DNA of 64,000 nt from Octopus vulgaris (taxonomy: Eukaryota): assembly GCA_951406725.2 (NCBI GenBank), contig OX597827.1, positions 46,066,001 through 46,130,000 on the forward strand, read 5' to 3'. The notes under the pieces were generated by a model. It was not told the origin of the DNA. It was given only the letters and a program-made list of their open reading frames with translations, and did no database searches. This document shows positions 1-13,462 of the stretch, one piece after another (within the stretch, counting starts at the first letter, position 1; every line of letters starts with the position of its first letter). Made by a program: the position numbers and the translations under genes.

Positions 1-150
1 TACCCTACAATGTTGTTTCAATAATAAACAATCACATCACTGAAATCTCAAAGATACAAAATAACACCAGATTATTTCAAAAGAAGGTGAATGAACAAGC
101 ATTACATTTGACAATGTAATCTGAATACTAAACGGTTAAATATATTTGTA

Positions 151-400
151 AACAAGAGCACTCAAAGAGCGCAAAAATGAGAATACTAAAAATAAACCCA
201 ACCGCTCTCAAAAATGAAGTAAAAATAAAACAAGAAAAATAATCCAGAATCCTTGTCCTTGTCCGGTACCAGATCGATCCCAAAATCTAATCAGTTTGTG
301 CCAGTCATGAAGCTAAACATCCCTAAAAGTTTCATCCGAATCCATCCAATGGTTCTTGAGATATTCACGGACAAACAAACACGACTGAAAACACTACCTC
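151..400 (-). mobile_element. Non-autonomous Helitron/Helentron-like (HINE-type) element
   Basis: Minus strand carries a GTTTGTTTGTCCGTG 5' block and ends in a subterminal hairpin GCGCTC-TTT-GAGTGC followed by TCTTGTTT; layout resembles animal HINEs. Confidence 0.45.
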
Positions 401-852
401 TGTATGTACACATATATATATATATATATAAATATGTATATACATACATATATTCAGGGTGCAATGGGTAAAGTGTTACCATTTTATATTTTTAATTCTG
501 ATATTGTTGACTACACAGTATAGTAAGGTTAGTTGGGCATATGGAATATGAACTATTTTTGTTAAATACTTGAAATACAAAAGTAGAAAAACAGCCAACA
601 ACTGATGAAGGGTTGTTCTTTATGTGGTTTGTCTTGTTTTCCATTTGTGTCTTTCGTTGTTCGAAAAAATAGTTCATATTCCATGTACTCGTACTTTGTA
701 TTTTTTGTTGTACACATTTCATGATGTCTTGTGCCCACATATGCATATATATACATGTAGATGTAAGTATGTACATATACATATGTATATATGCATATAT
801 ATATTTATATTATTATTATATGATTAAGCACAATGCATCCTCTTCCAAGTAA

Positions 853-908
<56 letters not shown>

Positions 909-1048
909 CATACATATTGGCATGGCTTTATTCCATTGTACTTGACAATTAAATAGACCTATACACTTTGAGTCTAACAGGCTAGGTACAAATATGATAT
1001 GATATAGAGGGGATATATCCTACCCAGACCCAGAGAATGTCTCCATAC

Positions 1049-1109
<61 letters not shown>

Positions 1110-1556
1110 GAGAGGTATTGGTGTCAAGCAGAGCCAAAGGTGTCAGGTAATACTGAGTAAGTGCTATGGACAGACTATAGTTAAGCTCCAGGTTTGATAA
1201 TGATACAAATGAGGAGTCCAATGTAGATTGTGTAGTAACATGCATATATATATGAAAATTAACAGAATGAGATAATAAAAATCCAATATATACATGTATA
1301 TGTATGGAGACATTTTCTGGGCCTGAGTAGGATACATCTATTTCTTCCCCTGATGTATGTGTGTGTATATATACTCACACATATCAGTGGGCGAGAGAGA
1401 CTTGTGTGTTGTTTTGTTATCAAAGCAACTAAACAATAAAACAACGAAATGAAGCTGTTGTTAAAGAAACAGAGGGTGGGATGCAGAGAGGATGACAACA
1501 TAAATCATTGAGAGAGGAGGAGAGTGACAGGATCTTTTTATAGATGTTTCACATAA

Positions 1557-1960
1557 GGCGCAGGAGTGGCTGTGTGGTAAGTAGCTTGCTAACCAACCAC
1601 ATGGTTCCGGGTTCAGTCCCACTACGTGGCACCTTGGGCAAGTGTCTTCTACTATAGCCTCGGGCTGATCAATGCCTTGTGAGTGGATTTGGTAGACGGA
1701 AACTGAAAGAAGCCTGTCGTATATATGTATATATATATATATATATGTATATGTGTTTGTGTGTCTGTGTTTGTTCCCCTAGCATTGCTTGACAACCGAT
1801 GCTGGTGTGTTTACGTCCCCGTCACTTAGCGGTTCGGCAAAAAGAGACCGATAGAATAAGTACTGGGCTTACAAAAAGAATAAGTCCCGGGGTCGAGTTG
1901 CTCGACTAAAGGCGGTGCTCCAGCATGGCCGCAGTCAAATGACTGAAACAAGTAAAAGAG
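1557..1960 (+). mobile_element. tRNA-derived SINE family A, full length
   Basis: A-box TGGCTGTGTGG, B-box GGTTCAGTCCC, internal (TA)/(TG) linker, tail ...GACTGAAACAAGTAAAAGAG; more than 12 related copies in the window. Confidence 0.9.
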
Positions 1961-2049
1961 AGAGGGAAAAGAGTATAAGTCTACCGCTGATTCAGGAATG
2001 TCATTCCATCACCCCACAGCACACTCACCAATCCACCCACCCACACCTT

Positions 2050-2660
2050 TCTTTCATCCTTTGTTTCAGTTACTGGACTGCGGCCATGCTGGGGCACCAC
2101 CCTATTGTTTTAAAGTCTAGTACTAGCTTATCATATCGGTCTCTTTCACCAAATTGCTAGCTTATTGAGATATAAACAAACCAACACCTGAGCAGTGACG
2201 GGGGAACAAATACATAAACACATACTTATATACACACACATACACAAAGGGTTTCCACACAGTTTCTGCCTACCAAATTCACTCACAAAGCATTGGTCGA
2301 CCGAAAGCATTAGAAGACACTGGTTCAAGGTGCCACATTGTAGGACTGAACCCAGAGCCAAAGTGAGTTGTAGCCATATATATTCCTTTACTTGTTTCAG
2401 TCATTTGACTACGGCCATACTGGAGCACCGCCTTAAAGAGTTTTTAGTCGAAAAAAATCAAACGCAGGACTTATTTTTGTAAGTTACCTTTTGCCGAGCG
2501 GCTAAGTAACAAGGACGCAAACCTGCCAACATCGGTTGTCTACCAAATCCACTCTTAAAGCATTAGTCGGCCTGAGGCTACAATAAGAAGCACTAGCTCG
2601 ACTGGGACTGAACCCGGGACCATGTGGTTGGGATGCAAGCTTCTTACCACACACCCACAC
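2050..2660 (-). mobile_element. Two diverged SINE A copies
   Basis: Reverse-complement matches to family A head and tail (CTTGTTTCAG...CGGCCAT, GGACTGAACCC). Confidence 0.75.
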
Positions 2661-3088
2661 ACCAATCACTGTGTACAAGACCAAACTGGAAGAATACTCA
2701 ATACTTCTCAGGAAACTGTATTTATTATATTTTTTACGAGAAGGGTGACTGTCACTTCGAAGTTTCGACTACGTAGCATTTACAGTCCGACGAATGCTGG
2801 CGCTCAAGTTATCAGTAAAACAAGACGATTTTGTAAGAGATCTTTGCTGCAGGACCATGTTTTGGGGTATAATTACGCAGCCAAATATCCCACAAAACGC
2901 AACGTACCACCATATAAAAAGGACATTGTATTAGGTAGGGATAGATACTGGAAAAAAAACGGGATGGTTGTTATTGAATACCGTTGATGATAAGTCTACA
3001 TGACATGAGGGTTAAACAACATAACTCACACATCCACACACGTGTGTATATGTATACACACATACATAGACATACACGTGTATATATA

Positions 3089-3302
3089 CCTATTTTTTAC
3101 TACCCACAAGGGGCTAAAGGAAGAGGGGACAAACAAGGACAGACAAACGGATTAAGTCGATTACATCGACTCCAGTGCGTAACTGGTACTTAATTTATCG
3201 ACCCCGAAAGGATGAAAGGCAAAGTCGACCTCGGCGGAATTTGAACTCAGAACGTAACGGCAGACGAAATACGGCTACGCATTTCGTGCCAGCTCGCCGC
3301 CT
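3089..3302 (-). mobile_element. tRNA-derived SINE family B
   Basis: Minus strand GGCGGCGAGCTGGCA...GAGTTCAAATTCCGCCGAGGTCGACTTTGCCTTTCATCCTTTCGGGGTCGAT; many copies in the window. Confidence 0.88.
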
Positions 3303-6300
3303 TATATACACGTGTATATATACGCATACACACACACCGAGAGAGAGTGTGTGATAGACAGACAGAGCCACGAACGGTTAATAAAACTCGGTTACAGACA
3401 GAGATCGCCGGAAGCTAACCTCCTCTACATTTCGACGTATAAAAAAATATTCATAACTAAAAATAAACGAAGGTGTTATATGAGACATAGGGGCCAGAGG
3501 AAAGTCGATTAATTAAACTGACTGAAAAAATTAACCGATATTTATTTCACCGAGCCCAGCAAGATGAATGGACGGTGAGGTCTATATACGGGCGGGATTT
3601 GAACACAGAACGAGAAGGAGCATAGTTTTAATACGAGTTATTTAGTTCGATGTGTTACCGATTCAACCAATTATCCTTACAATAATAATTTCTGTCCAGC
3701 CAACGAGAGAGAGAGAGAGGTGTCACGCAGTCGTTCCACTTATTAGAAATATCAACCAAATCTCCCTCAAAAGATGCTTGGCAGTCTCTAATATAATAAT
3801 GAGGGGTAGATCGAACGGCGTTGTTTCATGTCTAGAACATCTTTGAGTGCAAATTTGTGGGATCAGGGATCAACTAATTTCTGTAACGATCTCAGCAATA
3901 AGCATAAATCGTTTTTAACACAGACAGAAAGCCAAATATTTGGGAGAACGGTGTAACCGATTTAACTGACCCCAGTTCAAAAACGCCTGTTATCTATATG
4001 AATGTACTTATCTATGTGTGTGTGTGTGACGATGTTAATCCGAAGTGAATTTCAACATTTTGTTTGTAAAAATAAATTTGATATTTTACTTGAAATGCAT
4101 GCATTGAGTGCTCGTTCAGTTAATGTTCGATTGTTCGTGTGTATGATTAAACACTAAACACACATTAACGATCATACATACATTATATACATACATATAC
4201 CGTCTAAGGAAACTGGTGAAAGAAACACGCACACACATGTTTCTGTGTATATACTGTACCTATTCCAAAGTCAGAATGTGAAAAGGGACAATGACGGAAT
4301 TCCCTCACATTGGTGCAAGGACATACATATATAGAAGAAGGGTACATAGAGTCAATTAACTAAATTGCTCTTATAATGGGTACCGCGACCCGGCACAGAT
4401 AATGATAGACTGTCAAAAATTTAAACACCCAGAACAAATTAAATTATGCCTATTTCAAACTTTGGTACGTACAAGATGATAAATTAAAGGTAGCAGAGGC
4501 AGAAGAATCGGTTAAATCGAACCCCTAGGATTTAGCTGATATTCATTCTATCGGCTCCTGGTGGGGGACACGATCGAGCTGGTCGAGAAAAGAACACAAA
4601 TATAAGAGCGGGATGGTGGATTGATGCTCTACTGGTTCTGCCATGAAATAATAATAGCAATTATGATGATAATTATTTTCGGTTAACCACAAAGGCCGTA
4701 AGACTTGCTGGGACAGGGATGGGGTACGCAGTCGATTGAATCAACCCATTACATGATTTGGTACTCATTCTAAACACCTGTGGCAAGGTGAAATGGTAAA
4801 GTCGCGACCCTGAAAGGAGCTGAACTATAGTCGTCGTAGCAAGACAAAACTGCAAGTCAGTTAATTTGGCGCTTTATCTAATAATAATAATAATAATAAT
4901 AATCCTTATTATAAGCACAAGGCCAGAAAATTTCAGGAGAGAGGGCAAGTTGATTACATCAACCCCTAGTGCTCGACTGGTACTTATTTTAACCGACCCC
5001 AAAAGGATAAAAGGCAAACTCTACATTAGCGGCATTAAATAATAACAACAATGTTAGTGTGTACAGTGAAATGTCGCGCCTCTTACAACAGATTCATGAC
5101 CATCCCTAAATACAGCAATATCTGTTTCAACACACGATTTCACATCAAGAATCTTGCAAAACGAATATAGCAAACGTAACAATGTTAGTTTTTTTTTCCT
5201 TCTTACTCAGAAAGACAGCTATGGGTCTAAATAGAAAGCTTGTAGGAGTGGAAATTAATTGAAATCCAAAACAGTACAATTTAGAATACAGGATATGCGC
5301 GGTATTACACAAAAGGTAAAGAACATCTATTTATAAGATAAGGAGAAATAAGATTTCGGGACGTTCATGCCTGCTTTTCTCAAGGACATTAACTGTCTTT
5401 ATATAGGATTCGAAACTGCAAAAGATTATTTTAATAACCATCTTTTTGATTTATAAAAATGATTTCTTATATAGAAACAGAGTTATATACATATATAATA
5501 TCGACCAAAGGACTGCTCCAAGTCCGCGAATATTACTGGTAAGGCTAGACACTGCAGACTGTCAATAATAGCAATAACTTCGGTATAAATTCTACAATTT
5601 GTAGAGAATGGATTTCAGACAATTAGATTGATCTCTATGGATTAAAACTAACTCCGACGGGATTTGAACTCGGGACAGCAAGGGAAGTAACTATATACTG
5701 CAAGACATTTTTGTGCGTTTGTCCAATGCTCCACCGTTTCTGCCATCCTACCTCCCCTCCGTTCTAGACATGTATGTGTACACACACACACATACGTGTG
5801 TATGCGCTCGTGTGTGCATTGAGAGTTAGTGTGCGTGCACACATATAATTTTCATAAAGGATGAATAGTGTGGTTATTGTTTAATCCTAGGATAGTTCTG
5901 ATAGCATAGCCTTACGACCAAAAGCGCTCTGATCATGACCATCTCGGTTGTTGGGGCTCGTCTAAGATGTGTGTTATCTAACGTCTCATTTATCTCCCCA
6001 CCACTACTTCCTTTCGATAAACAACCCGACTCAGACTGGCTGCCTCTGGTTGGTTGTGCGATACAAAACTTCTCATTGTATAGATGTTCACATTTATAAC
6101 ATAACCTGCTCTCATAATATTAAATAAAATATTTAAAAAAAAAAAAGTTATTCTACCAAATTTCCAGTCATATCTGAAATAAATAGAATCGACTAGACTA
6201 TGTATATCATAGGAAATATATTTAAGAAATGCTTAAGAAGATAGTATGAGATTTGGAGAAAGATTTGGCTGTTGTTTCTAACATGCCGAACGACTATGTT

Positions 6301-7629
6301 CAGGTTCCCTCATTGGATCATACAGAAAGGTAGGACTACTGGTAGAAGCCATACACCTCTGGACCGACTTCCTTATATTCGGTGTCGACACACCATGCTC
6401 TGAACTCACTACACACGCCCTCTCAATCAGGCCTCCGTCGGCAGGGTATCGATGACAATAAATCATTGTAATATACTCGGGATAAGAGAATCAACTGGAT
6501 TGATTGATAATACATAACTTGTAAAGGAAAAATAGCTTTGTGCTAGAAAAAACAGCACGAACCCAAAATACTATTGTGTCTGACATTATTGCAAACATTT
6601 CATGTTTAGCCTCAGGTAAGCCGTGATCAAGTACGCCTTTGGTCAAAGGTATTTCAAATGTGACCATCCCATTTTCATCTAAAACTACATTATTTCTCAA
6701 ATGTGAAATTTTCTTCTTTTTTAAAAACAGTAGCGATGAAATTTGTGAGAGATTTCGCTGTTATTTCTAACAAATCGAGCGATCATGTTGAGACGACTCT
6801 CTGGTTTGTTGTTTTAGCCCCAAGTGCACTCCAACTGAGCAGACCTATCGCCGAAAGCGTTCCAGTTATGACCATCCCATCCTGATTTCAAGCACAGGTC
6901 TGCTAGGTCTACTTTGTCCAATGTGGTTCTCCTTTTCATTTTCTTATTTTCTTTTAACACACGTTAGGGTGAGATTTGATGTAAATTTTAGTGGCTGCTA
7001 TTTCTACACCTCGTTGACGTGTAAGCCTGTTACTGACGGGTTTATTTATATATATATATATGAATGTATGTATGTATATATTCATTCCCAACGTATACAT
7101 ACATATTCAGCAGTAAGATACGAAGAGAAAGCACGGATGAAAGAGCGAGCGTTAAGAATTATGAATCTGTATATATATATGAAAGAGTACAAGAATGAAA
7201 AACGAATATAAAAGAAAATAGAAGAGTTGATATGTTCATGGACTTACCTATATCATGGCTAGATAGATGTATGGAGCAGAACAGGCTGTCACAGTCAACC
7301 GGACCGCATAGTGTAACATAACCAGTTGAAACTATATCGTGCAACAACAGAGAAGAGATGAGGGGGGAGGGACTCGAAGGAGAAAGTAAATGGAAGGGCA
7401 GAGAAAAGAAATAACTAAGGTAATAACAACAACAAAATAGGACAGATTAAGGGTAGAAGTTTCCACCCCCAAAATTATATATAGGTGATCTAGTAGTGGA
7501 AGGAAGTAAAAAATAAATATATATATGTATCACTGTTAGGTGAAGTGAGTGGCCGACACTTGTGTATTGCCACTTCATCAGACGACTGAATGTGTACACC
7601 ATCAACTGAAGAGTTCCACCAATCGATCG

Positions 7630-8310
7630 TGTAGTTCTTCCTTCCCCTTTTTTCTCTTTCGTTTTCTTATTTACTCTCTATCTCTCTATCTCTCTCTCTC
7701 TCTATCTCTTTCTCTATCTTTCTCTCTTTCAGTTTCTTTTTCTTTAGTCTCTCTACCTTAGTGCTTGTTCATCTCTTTCTTTCTCTTTCGGTCTCTCTTT
7801 TTCGCTTTCTTTTTCTCTCCCTTTCTCTGTTTTTATCTTTCCATTTCTGTCTGTTGTTCGCTTCTCTCTCTGTCTCTCTTTCTTGTATTCGTGACTGTTT
7901 TTTCTCTCTCTCTCTCTCTCTCTCTCTCACGCACGCTCTCTCTCGCTCACTCTCTCTCACTCACTCTCTCTTTCATATTTCTAGTTGTTTTCTCTCTCTC
8001 TCTCTCACGTATGCTCTCTCTCGCTCACTCTCTCTCTCTTTCGTATTTCTAGTTGTTTTCTCTCTCTCTCTCTCTCATTCTTTCTTGTATTTCTAACTCC
8101 TTTCTCTTTCTCTCACCCCCTCTCTCTCTCTCTGTTCGTTCCCTCCCTAATTCTCTTTTTCACCCTCTTTCGTTCTCGTCTACTTCTTCCCCACCTTCAC
8201 TTTCTCTTTCTAACTCTCTTAGTCTCTCTCTCACTCTCTATTCCCTTATTCCGTCACTCTATTAGTTTATTCGCTCTCTTATTCTATCTTCCTCTCTATC
8301 TTCAAGTATG
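7630..8310. repeat. About 700-bp CT-rich polypyrimidine tract
   Basis: Degenerate (CT)n with an internally duplicated TATTTCTAGTTGTTTTCTCTC block. Confidence 0.9.
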
Positions 8311-9184
8311 ACTGTATTTGACATCAAATGTGCAACTTCTCAGTCTCTTTCGTCCCCACATTCTGATAATCCTTACTATCATTAAACTTTTTTTTTTTGC
8401 TCTCCCTACTTTAATATTTCTTTTCCTCTATTTTCATATTTCTCTTTTTCTCTTTCTCCCCTAAGTCTCTTTTTTTCTTTCCATCGTCACTTTATATATA
8501 TATATATATGTACATGTACATGACATGTATTTTCATGCTTATTCTCTATCTCTTAATATCTACCTCTCTGCCTATCAGTCTGTTTATCTCTGCCTCATTC
8601 TTTTCATTACATTTTATTTAAAGAAGAGTGCGTGTTTATGAGTGTGTAAAATTAATTTACGTGCGTATATCTAATAAACATACATCAGCCTTTAGAAAGC
8701 CTAGAGAGAGAGAAAGACCGTGTGTGTTTACACAACGTGGCTAAATGTATATTTATTACACATCCGCACGCAAAATTATTTACAAAGTTATCAAAAAACA
8801 CGTTGTCTCGGGACTTTTGTTAATAAATTCGTGAGGCTAACGAATAGACTGATATGCAAATAAGCAAAAACAGTGTCTGTTGTTCGTGGCATTTTTTCCT
8901 AAGCCGCAGTAAACTGTGCACCTCTCTCTCTCTCTCTTTCCCCGTGTGTCTCACTCTTTTGAAGATTGGGTAATGTAAGCCGGGATTTCCTAACTTTTTT
9001 TTAACTATCGCTCCGTTTCTTTTAGCAACATTATAAACGTTCCTTTGCTACAATTCAACTAAATTAAATACATCATAAAAATTACGCCATCAAAACATCA
9101 ATTGTACATACGCCATTTCCTCAATATAATATAATATGGAAAGTCAAGACATTTCGACCATTAGTATGACTGGATGATTTTACC

Positions 9185-9351
9185 AGTATTTCGTTTATCT
9201 TTACGTTCTGAGTTCAAATTCCGCTGAGGTCGACTTTGCCTTTCATCCTTTCGAGGTCGATGAATTAAAAACCAGTTGCGTACTAGGGTCGATCTAATCG
9301 ATTAGCTCCTCCCTAAAAATTGCGGGCCTTGAACCTAGAGTAGAAAAGAAT
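9185..9351 (+). mobile_element. SINE B, 5'-truncated
   Basis: TTACGTTCTGAGTTCAAATTCCGCTGAGGTCGACTTTGCC matches family B. Confidence 0.8.
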
Positions 9352-9362
9352 ATGACTGGATG

Positions 9363-9364
<2 letters not shown>

Positions 9365-9440
<76 letters not shown>
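9365..9440. repeat. (CA)n microsatellite
   Basis: Perfect dinucleotide run. Confidence 0.95.
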
Positions 9441-9444
<4 letters not shown>

Positions 9445-9595
9445 TGAAAATATTCCTGAAAGTTATGGCAATTTTTAAAAAATGTATCTATTGTCCCCAG
9501 TATCACTCTCTGTATCCTCAGTGTCCATACAGAATTTTCCACCACCCACTTTGGGGGAGTACTAAGGAAAAGGAAAAAACAAAAAAGAAAAAAAT

Positions 9596-9636
9596 GCTTC
9601 TAATGAGCTGGTAATGACTGGCGAAACTAGTTGAGT
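9596..9636 (+). ncRNA. Degenerate minimal hammerhead ribozyme motif (G5A)
   Basis: GCTT-CTAATGA-GCTGGT-AATG-ACTGGC-GAAA-CTAG-TT-GAGT: 6-bp stem II with wobbles, palindromic ACTAGT stem III, weak stem I. Confidence 0.5.
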
Positions 9637-9730
9637 TCTTCATCAGTTCTACATTCTGTAGAGTCAGTCAGCCTTGTGTTTTAACCTACTTGTACTGCGA
9701 CACTACATGTTCATTTATTAATAGACACAC

Positions 9731-9849
<119 letters not shown>

Positions 9850-9886
9850 AAAGTGTACGTACGCTGCTCGCTGATATATATATAAA

Positions 9887-10154
9887 TACAAAATGGGACA
9901 AGAACGCAAAACATCCAAAAAGTTAGGTGATACAAGAAAGGGACAACGAAACATCCAGATAGACGATACAAAGAAAACAAGGACCGGTCATTCGGAGTTT
10001 TCTTTCCTCAGTCGAGTTCCAGATTATCTTTGCAATTTCGGCTGGTTTTGCAAAGATAATCTGGAATTCGACTGAGGAAAGAAAACTCCGAATGACCCGT
10101 CCTTGTTTTCTTTATATCGTCTATTTGGATGTTTTGCGTTCGTGTCCCATTTTG

Positions 10155-10156
<2 letters not shown>
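9887..10156. repeat. Long palindrome (fold-back element) beside (TA)n
   Basis: Inner arms 9949-10035 and 10048-10134 are near-perfect reverse complements; outer ends TACAAAATGGGACA / TGTCCCATTTTGTA. Confidence 0.9.
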
Positions 10157-10197
<41 letters not shown>

Positions 10198-10199
<2 letters not shown>

Positions 10200-10490
10200 A
10201 GGCAGTAGGTAGGGCAGTGGTCATGGAATCGCGGTTTCGATTCCCAGACCATTCGTTGTGAGTGTTTACTGAGTGAAAACACCCTAAACATCCATGGCGC
10301 TCCAGCAGCGGGTGGGAGGTGGGTGGCGAACCCTGATGTACTCTTTCACCACAACTTTCTCTCACTATTTCTTCCTGTTTTTGTTTCAAAGGAGCCAGCC
10401 TTGTCACATACTATGTCACGCTGAATCTCTCCGAGAACTAAGTTAAGGGTACGGGTGTCTGTGGATTGCTCAGCCATTTTCACGTTAATA
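10198..10490 (+). mobile_element. SINE family D, diverged
   Basis: Matches 12989-13372 (GGTTTCGATTCCCAGACC; GAGAACTAAGTTAAGGGT). Confidence 0.8.
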
Positions 10491-10499
10491 TATATATAT

Positions 10500-10660
10500 A
10501 CGACGGGCTTTTTTCAGTTTCTGTCTGCCAAATCCACTCACAAGGCTCTGGTCGGTTCGAGGCTATAGTAGGAAACACTTGCCCAAGGTGCGCCGCAGTG
10601 GGACTGAACCCGGAACCATGTGGTTGGGAAGCAAGCTACTTACCACACAGCCATTCCTGC
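10500..10660 (-). mobile_element. SINE A, 5' half
   Basis: Reverse complement of family A head. Confidence 0.85.
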
Positions 10661-11767
10661 GTACGAAAATTACAATAGTTATTCGTCTCACGCGCTATAA
10701 AATTTACAATCTCATTATTAAAAAAAAAGTGACACAAAATCTTCACTTCCCCTTTCATCCGGCGTGAGCATAAATTCGCTTGAGATTTCCGCTTTGTACG
10801 TGTGTGTATTAAGTGTAACTCGAACCAACTGTGTCGAGCGGCACTTTCTTTCGTTGATTTACTCACGCCTACACGCACGAACGAACGTACGCATGCACAC
10901 ACACTTATGTATAATTCGTTTTTAACGATGGAACTCGAAGCGGATAAAGCTATAAATAATAGCGTACTATTCACAGCTTTAGCCATTTCAAATTCCGCCA
11001 ATAAAAACTTATTATTTCACGACCCGAAATTTCTAAATGCATGCATGCATGTATGTATGTATGTATGTATGTATGTATGTATGTATGTATGTATGTATGT
11101 ATGTATGTATGTATGTATGTATGCATGCATGCATGTATGTATGTATGAATGTATGCATGCATATATATGTACATACTTTCTTTGTGAGTTAACAAAGCTA
11201 CCAATGGTTTCATGTGAAAAGATTTTCACAATTGTTCGAGATTGCCACACGGAAATGCTGGTACTCATCTCCACATTGGATGGGAATACCCCACCACAGA
11301 CACACACACACATACATACTTACATACATACATACATAATACATACATACATACATCATAGCTGCACCCTCGTTACACGAGAAAAGCCATTGCCAAGAAG
11401 AGTTACTGAAATGATTCCTCATTGTTGACATGTGATGCCCTTATATGACTTTTAAGCCCAGCGAAGCGTTTACACATTTTATTACATACTGGACAACTGT
11501 GCTGGCTGGCAGGAAAAACAGGTGCCACCATATACACCCTCTTAACGTGTCTCTTTAGACCTCCAACTGAGAGGCACACCCTTCTACATTTTACTCATGT
11601 CCTGTTGTGAAGTTTAATAGCCACAACACTGTTTATCATGGGTCGATTTCTGTGAGATTTATGATGGGTCACCAAGCCTGCAAACCTCCTCCTACAAACA
11701 ACATACATACATACATACATACATACATACATACATACATACATACATACATACATACATACATACA

Positions 11768-12175
11768 AAGGTATGTACAGTTATAGAGGACAGCTACCCT
11801 GCAGATATAAATATCCCTTTGGAAATCAAAGAAAAAGAGGATATCTATGGACAACTGCTTCAAAACCTCCAGTTTCTATATCTGGAATACGAATTCATAT
11901 TCATACCAATAATAATCGTATCACTAGGTTTTACTAGTAAATGCTTAAAGGAGAATCTGGATAAACTGGGATTTTCAGAAAGAGAAATCGACCGGCTAAT
12001 TCGTACATTACAAGTGCAATCTGTAAGGGGAACACTGAAAATATGCAAGACTTTTCTCAAGTTCCAAATGTGAATTTGTCTGTGTTAACTACATCTCTAA
12101 GATGGAGCCTTGTATCTTTGTTGGAAACCGGCCCCTCCTCAGTGGAAAATTTATAATAATTAAAACATAGATGAG
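11768..12175 (+). mobile_element. 3' fragment of RLE-type (R4/NeSL-like) non-LTR retrotransposon with 3' UTR
   Basis: Open frame 11768-12073 KVCTVIEDSYPADINIPLEIKEKEDIYGQLL...FIPIIIVSLG...LGF...LQVQSVRGTLKICKTFLKFQM* matches the C-terminal restriction-like endonuclease region; starts directly after (CATA)n and ends at GACATACATA. Confidence 0.75.
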
Positions 12176-12557
12176 ACATACATATGTGTGTATGCACGGG
12201 CATCCAGTACCGTTATATATATATATATATAAATCAATAAATGGTGGGGTTGTGTTGACCGCACGTGGAGAAACGATAGGAGAGGGAAAATTATAACAAG
12301 GCAGAATGCTAAATTGAAAGCAAATTTTAATAAAAATGGGTGTATGGAAAATTTAAAGAATAATAAATCAAACCGGTTTTCATATATATATATATATATT
12401 ATGAAAACATAATATATATATTTTTTTAAACTTATACACCCTCACACACGATCCGCGTTAGATTATCATACTATTATCGAAATGGTAGTCTAACAGCGGT
12501 CATTCCGTAGCACTTACATAGCCTTACCTGCCTTTTGGATCTTCTGGATACCAAAAC

Positions 12558-12590
<33 letters not shown>

Positions 12591-12594
<4 letters not shown>

Positions 12595-12795
12595 TATTTT
12601 TATATTAGCTTAAAGTTTATAGCGATCACCGTGCAATGACCAAGGAAAATAGTCTAATAAAGGGGCATATAAGCTCTCGACAGATAGGAAAGCCTTTTTT
12701 TTCTGTCGAGGGCTTATATACCCCTTTATTAGATTATTTTCCTTAGTCATTGCACAGTGATCGCCATAAGCTTTAAGCTTATATAAAAATACCAT
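12591..12795. repeat. Palindrome with 94-bp arms
   Basis: 12591-12684 vs 12702-12795 reverse complements, about 8 mismatches by eye; follows (TA)n. Confidence 0.92.
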
Positions 12796-12988
12796 CATTT
12801 TTTATTACAGGATTATAAATAACAACACCGCAATAAAAAAAACATTCACGCCGAAAGCATATATATATATATAGTTTTGGCAAAAAAGTAAAGTTTTTTT
12901 TATTACTTTAAGCTCGAAATGCGATCATGTACGCGGTTAACCAAAGTTGTAGTTCATTTTCTTTCTTCTACTAGCCTATATGTAGTAA

Positions 12989-13372
12989 GTGGAGGCGCAA
13001 TGGCCCTGTGGATAGGGCAGCGGACTTGCGGTCATAGGATCGCGGTTTCGATTCCCAGACCGGGCGTTGTGAGTGTTTATTGAGCGAAAACACCTAAAAG
13101 CTCCACGAGGCTCCGGCAGGGGATGGTGGTGATCCCTGCTGTACTCTTTCACCACAACTTTCTCTCACTCTTACTTCCTGTTTCTGTTGTATCTGTATTT
13201 CAAGGGGCCGGCCTTGTCACTCTCTGTGTCACGCTGAATGTCCCCGAGAACTACGTTAAGGGTGCACGTGTCTGTGGAGTGCTCAGCCACTTACACGTTA
13301 ATTTCACGAGCAGGCTGTTCCGTTGATTCGGATCAACCGGAACCCTCATCGTCGTAACCGACGGAGTGCTTC
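12989..13372 (+). mobile_element. tRNA(Arg)-like-headed SINE family D, full length
   Basis: A-box TGGCCCTGTGG, B-box GGTTTCGATTCC, tail GAGAACTACGTTAAGGG...CGTAACCGACGGAGTG. Confidence 0.88.
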
Positions 13373-13462
13373 CATCATGTATTAAGATTTTCTCGGAGAA
13401 TTTATGGTGGCAATAGTGTCTATTTTTCAGTGCGTGGTGAGGCATATATATATATATATATA

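Noticed and set aside
541-684. 20-bp inverted repeat enclosing CTGATGA (602-608) and a later GAAA, as a hammerhead
   Set aside because: No pairing stem II or III could be built; kept only as a probable TE-derived inverted repeat.
7545-7595. Minus-strand CTGATGA-A-GTGGC...GCCAC hairpin
   Set aside because: No GAAA after the stem, so the hammerhead core is incomplete.
10030-10100. CTGAGGA and CCGAAA within the palindrome as a type-II hammerhead
   Set aside because: Stem I does not pair convincingly.
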